A stretch of 28,886 nt of DNA from Sulfuricurvum sp. (GTDB taxonomy: Bacteria > Campylobacterota > Campylobacteria > Campylobacterales > Sulfurimonadaceae), in NCBI RefSeq assembly GCF_022759005.1, contig NZ_JAEMQA010000133.1, positions 1 to 28,886 of the forward strand. The letters are read 5' to 3'. Both the position numbers and the translations under genes were made by a program. Every line of letters starts with the position of its first letter. Positions within the stretch are counted from its first letter, which is position 1. The notes under the pieces are model-generated. The model made no database searches and was not told the origin of the DNA. It saw nothing but the letters and a program-made list of their open reading frames with translations. Below are positions 25,834 to 28,886 of this stretch, piece after piece.

Positions 25834-27771
25834 ATGACATTTACATCTCGCTACACTCAAGTTTTTAGCGCATTAGCCATAAGTTTAGCAGCTATGATGC
25901 TGCCACGTATTTTTCTGTTCCTTCTTTATCCGGCTGATTTTTCGGACTTAACTTTCAGTGAACTGATTACTTCGTTTCTCACTGGTTTCAGAGTTGATAT
26001 TATTACAATTTTTACTTTTCTTTCTTTATTCATTGTCTTATTAACTTTTCCAGCCAAATGGGTTCATAAAAAACGTTTTAGAATTTTCATGGGAATTGTA
26101 TGGAGTTGTATTTTAAGTATTGTATTGCTCATCTCATTTAGTGATGTACTGTACTACGATTTTGTCCATCGTCATATCTCCAATGAGTTGTTTGCGCTTA
26201 GCAACGATACCGACTTAATTATCGGAATGGCTTTCGGCTCTTATCTTTATCATACTATCGCCGCAGGAGTTTTCTTTAGTGCCCTTGCGTATCTTTTCTT
26301 CAAAATTTTTAGTGCCAGACTTTCCCACGAAGTTGTTAGCAAAAAAAGTTGGATCGCATTTTTAGCTATAGCATTGTTGCTTTTTATCGGTATCCGCAAC
26401 TCTTTCAGCCATAAATCTTTTGGTATATCCGATGCTTATGCAGTTAATAAAACGAGCTCGGGGAATCTTGCCTTGAATGGATTCTTTTGTGTATATCGTA
26501 CAGCCGGTGCAAAAAGCAATCCTCATAATTTGGCCGATTTAAATACTTCCGTAAAACTCACACAAACTCTTCTCCAAAGTGATAATGCCCCATTCATCGA
26601 TCCATCTGTTCCTTTATCGAGAGCTTTTTCAACAACCGCTAAAAAACCTCATTACAATGTTGTCATCGTCCTTCTCGAATCATGGGGAGCGGAACATATC
26701 GATGGATTTACCCGTTACAAAGAATTAGGAGTAACCCCTTATTTCAAAAAACTAAGCGACGAGGGATTAAAGTTTACAAATTTTTATGCAAACGGATATC
26801 GTTCAATTTATGGAATCACTTCCATCTATACTGGATTAACGTTACCGGCAGGATACCAATATCTCGGAAGCGGATTAGAACTTTCAAAGCTCTCTTATCT
26901 AGGCAAAATTGCACAGGAAAACGGATACCGTACTATTGCTATGCAAAGTTCAAACCGCCGCTCTTACCGCGTAGATGCCGTTAGCAATTTAGCAGGATTT
27001 GAAGAGTATTACGGTGCGGAAGATATGCCTAAAGCAGAGCAAGTCGATCCAGGCAGAAGAGCGAATACCGGAACCTTTGATTACAATATGTTTTATCTTC
27101 TAAATCAAAAGCTAAATCAAACACAAAAACCGTTTTTGGCATTTGCATTTACTTCCACAAATCACAGCGACTACCTTTTGCCTTCCGCAAAATTCGAGCG
27201 CTATCCTCATGATTTAAGAAACTATTACGGAACTTTAAACTCATATATTTATGTCGACAATGCGATAGAACGCTTTATGGAAGCAGCCAAAAAACAGCCA
27301 TGGTTTGACAATACGATCTTTATTTTTACCGCAGATCACGGACGAGGAGACGGTCTTTGCGACATCGGAAAAAAACTACGCCCAGATGATAAACCGTTAG
27401 CTTCAATAGAACATAACCGTATTCCTCTTATCATTTATGCACCGAAAATTTTCAAACCACAAGTGATTCCAACACTCGGTTCGCAAAATGATATTTTCCC
27501 AACGATTCTGGATATGTTAGGATTTTCACATCAACCTTTTACCGTTATGGGCAATTCCTTATTGGATACTTCTGTAAAAAATCGGTTTGTTTATCTCTAT
27601 TTAGGGGATGAAATCGGTTATATCGAAAAAGAAGGGTATGTGAAACATAACTTTAAAACCGTAGTTGAAACAAATGCTTCGACTGCAAATACAGCACTCT
27701 TGACCAAAAAATTGTTGGCAGTAGACACGGCTGAAGCCGGCTTACTTACCAACAATCATTGGGCAAAATAA
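25834..27771 (+). CDS. LTA-synthase-family (LtaS/MdoB-like) membrane-anchored sulfatase-fold transferase (645 aa)
   Basis: About five N-terminal TM helices are followed by an alkaline-phosphatase-superfamily domain (VVIVLLESWGAEHIDG, FTADHG). Size and architecture match LtaS/phosphoglycerol transferases rather than EptC-type PEtN transferases. Confidence 0.75.
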   Translation: MTFTSRYTQVFSALAISLAAMMLPRIFLFLLYPADFSDLTFSELITSFLTGFRVDIITIFTFLSLFIVLLTFPAKWVHKKRFRIFMGIVWSCILSIVLLISFSDVLYYDFVHRHISNELFALSNDTDLIIGMAFGSYLYHTIAAGVFFSALAYLFFKIFSARLSHEVVSKKSWIAFLAIALLLFIGIRNSFSHKSFGISDAYAVNKTSSGNLALNGFFCVYRTAGAKSNPHNLADLNTSVKLTQTLLQSDNAPFIDPSVPLSRAFSTTAKKPHYNVVIVLLESWGAEHIDGFTRYKELGVTPYFKKLSDEGLKFTNFYANGYRSIYGITSIYTGLTLPAGYQYLGSGLELSKLSYLGKIAQENGYRTIAMQSSNRRSYRVDAVSNLAGFEEYYGAEDMPKAEQVDPGRRANTGTFDYNMFYLLNQKLNQTQKPFLAFAFTSTNHSDYLLPSAKFERYPHDLRNYYGTLNSYIYVDNAIERFMEAAKKQPWFDNTIFIFTADHGRGDGLCDIGKKLRPDDKPLASIEHNRIPLIIYAPKIFKPQVIPTLGSQNDIFPTILDMLGFSHQPFTVMGNSLLDTSVKNRFVYLYLGDEIGYIEKEGYVKHNFKTVVETNASTANTALLTKKLLAVDTAEAGLLTNNHWAK

Positions 27772-27781
27772 AGGCAATCAA

Positions 27782-27973
27782 ATGAATGATATTCTTTCCC
27801 TAATCGGACGAGATAAAGAACTTTTTAGTGCTGACATAACAAACTGTGAAAAAGAGTTATCCTCAATCGTTTCCAAATCATCATTTCTTGTCATCGGTGG
27901 TGCCGGCTCGATCGGACAAGCGGTTACAAAAGAGATCTTCAAACGCAACTTGGAAATTAAATGGTTTATTTAA
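27782..27973 (+). pseudogene. 5' fragment (63 codons) of a CapD/WbpM-like NDP-sugar epimerase/dehydratase
   Basis: A Rossmann start FLVIGGAGSIGQAVTKEIFKRN is followed by unrelated residues and a stop. Full-length relatives are more than 330 aa. Confidence 0.5.
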
Positions 27974-28094
27974 TCAACGCCGAGTCAACTATTACTGTCA
28001 TAAAATTTTATAGATTTAAATCATGCCCATCCTCAGACAAAAGCTCTCATTGCAAAAAAAATCAAAAACTTCGTACACTTAATGGAATCGCAAA

Positions 28095-28643
28095 ATGAGG
28101 ACTATTTCTTTAATTCAACGACTCAGAAACAAAATTAAAATTCATAAAAACAATACGGTTGTTATCGGGGAAGATACCGGTCTTTCCGGTTGTACTATCA
28201 TAGTTAAAGGGAGCAGTAATAGATTGATCATTGGAAATCATTCGCGACTTCGCAATATGACCATCGAAATTGTCGGAAATAATTGCACTCTTGAAATCGG
28301 AGAAAACTGTGTCATTGGTCATGGATGCTATCTCAGTGCCAAAGAGGAAAATATCCAACTTAGTATTGGAGATGATTGCATGTTCTCCCGTAATGTCAAT
28401 ATTCTAACATCGGATGGCCATCCCATCTATCAAAAAGCTCAACGGATTAATCCTGCTCAAAATATTCAAATCGGAAATCACGTCTGGCTCGCAGATGATG
28501 TTACGATATTAAAAGGGGTAACCATCGGCAACGGTTCGATTGTAGGGATACATTCATTGGTCACAAAAACGATTCCTGATAATTCTATTGCCGTTGGCAT
28601 TCCTGCACAAATAGTTAAAAATAACATACATTGGGAAATATGA
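28095..28643 (+). CDS. Hexapeptide-repeat (left-handed beta-helix) acyl/acetyltransferase (182 aa)
   Basis: Contains imperfect [LIV]-G-x4 repeats (IGNHSRL, IGENCVIGHGCYL, IGDDCMF, IGNHVWLADDVTILKGVTIGNGSIVG) and a C-terminus IAVGIPAQIVKNNIHWE. Confidence 0.8.
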   Translation: MRTISLIQRLRNKIKIHKNNTVVIGEDTGLSGCTIIVKGSSNRLIIGNHSRLRNMTIEIVGNNCTLEIGENCVIGHGCYLSAKEENIQLSIGDDCMFSRNVNILTSDGHPIYQKAQRINPAQNIQIGNHVWLADDVTILKGVTIGNGSIVGIHSLVTKTIPDNSIAVGIPAQIVKNNIHWEI

Positions 28644-28886
28644 CTACTTCCAACTGACATTGTGTTTGACAATACGCGGTGGATTTCCAGCTATAACAGC
28701 CTTTTCATCCTCAAATGATCTTGTAAGTAGTGTGTTTGCGCCAACAATACAGCCATCCGGAACCCTACACCCTTTTAAAATGAAACTTCTAGCACCAATC
28801 CAAACGTTTTGACCAATTTCAACAGGTTTATTTGGGTTAATGTGATCCCCTTGCGCATCAAACATCTGATGATGATCGGTATCCAT
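28644..28886 (-). CDS. Second hexapeptide-repeat acetyltransferase, C-terminal 80 codons; 5' end probably outside the window
   Basis: Contains IGQNVWIGARSFILKGCRVPDGCIVGANTLL and VIAGNPPRIVKHNVSWK. It is convergent with 28095-28643, with no bases between the two stop codons. The ATG at the window edge may be internal. Confidence 0.7.
   Translation of the reverse strand: MDTDHHQMFDAQGDHINPNKPVEIGQNVWIGARSFILKGCRVPDGCIVGANTLLTRSFEDEKAVIAGNPPRIVKHNVSWK

Overview
This 28.9-kb chromosomal segment reads like a flagellated Campylobacterota (epsilonproteobacterial) genome. The gene order gyrA-flgP-flgQ-flgR, the small ExbB/ExbD proteins and the AT-rich intergenic DNA with strong -10 boxes all fit. 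The window has three parts. (i) 1-1715 holds the 3' end of a type I restriction hsdR gene (lower GC) next to the 3' end of a tRNA-Met, probably an island edge. (ii) 1716-23073 is mostly core genes. These are groESL with a consensus promoter and heat-shock-operator-like repeats, a DUF475/TerC-like membrane protein, and a seven-gene overlapping minus-strand operon (pmm/pgm, pyrC, OmpR-type regulator, sensor-less histidine kinase, exbB, exbD, 2OG-Fe(II) oxygenase, no tonB). They are followed by a nitrogen cluster (amt, PII, amtB, second PII), gyrA-flgPQR, asd-yqhA-hemE-radical SAM, and two identical tRNA-Asn genes. (iii) 23079-28886 is a markedly AT-rich accessory surface-polysaccharide locus. 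It contains three gene remnants: rmlA with ATG->ATA start loss and 3' truncation, a 34-codon GT2 stub, and a 63-codon epimerase/dehydratase stub. These are interleaved with intact genes (a single-chain MNT-HEPN protein, a GT32 glycosyltransferase, an LtaS-type transferase, two convergent hexapeptide acetyltransferases) and an orphan Cys-rich pseudo-receiver. The most noteworthy non-obvious signals are as follows. (1) The same 19-bp palindrome TTGATTAA-N3-TTAATCAA lies at the same distance upstream of both ammonium transporter genes, a candidate operator for an unidentified nitrogen regulator. (2) A ~60-bp REP-like hairpin element occurs in three copies directly 3' of genes, with a strand-matched compensatory base change. 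(3) The 5' parts of the two PII genes share 245 bp of perfect identity while their 3' ends differ at 26/94 positions, suggesting gene conversion. (4) A (CT)10 microsatellite sits in unexplained intergenic DNA. (5) A tonB-less exbBD-oxygenase module is chained to a sensor-less two-component pair. (6) The fused MNT-HEPN gene is bracketed by ~30-bp direct repeats. I saw no CRISPR array, transposase or integrase gene. All calls come from reading the sequence and recalling motifs; no database search was run.
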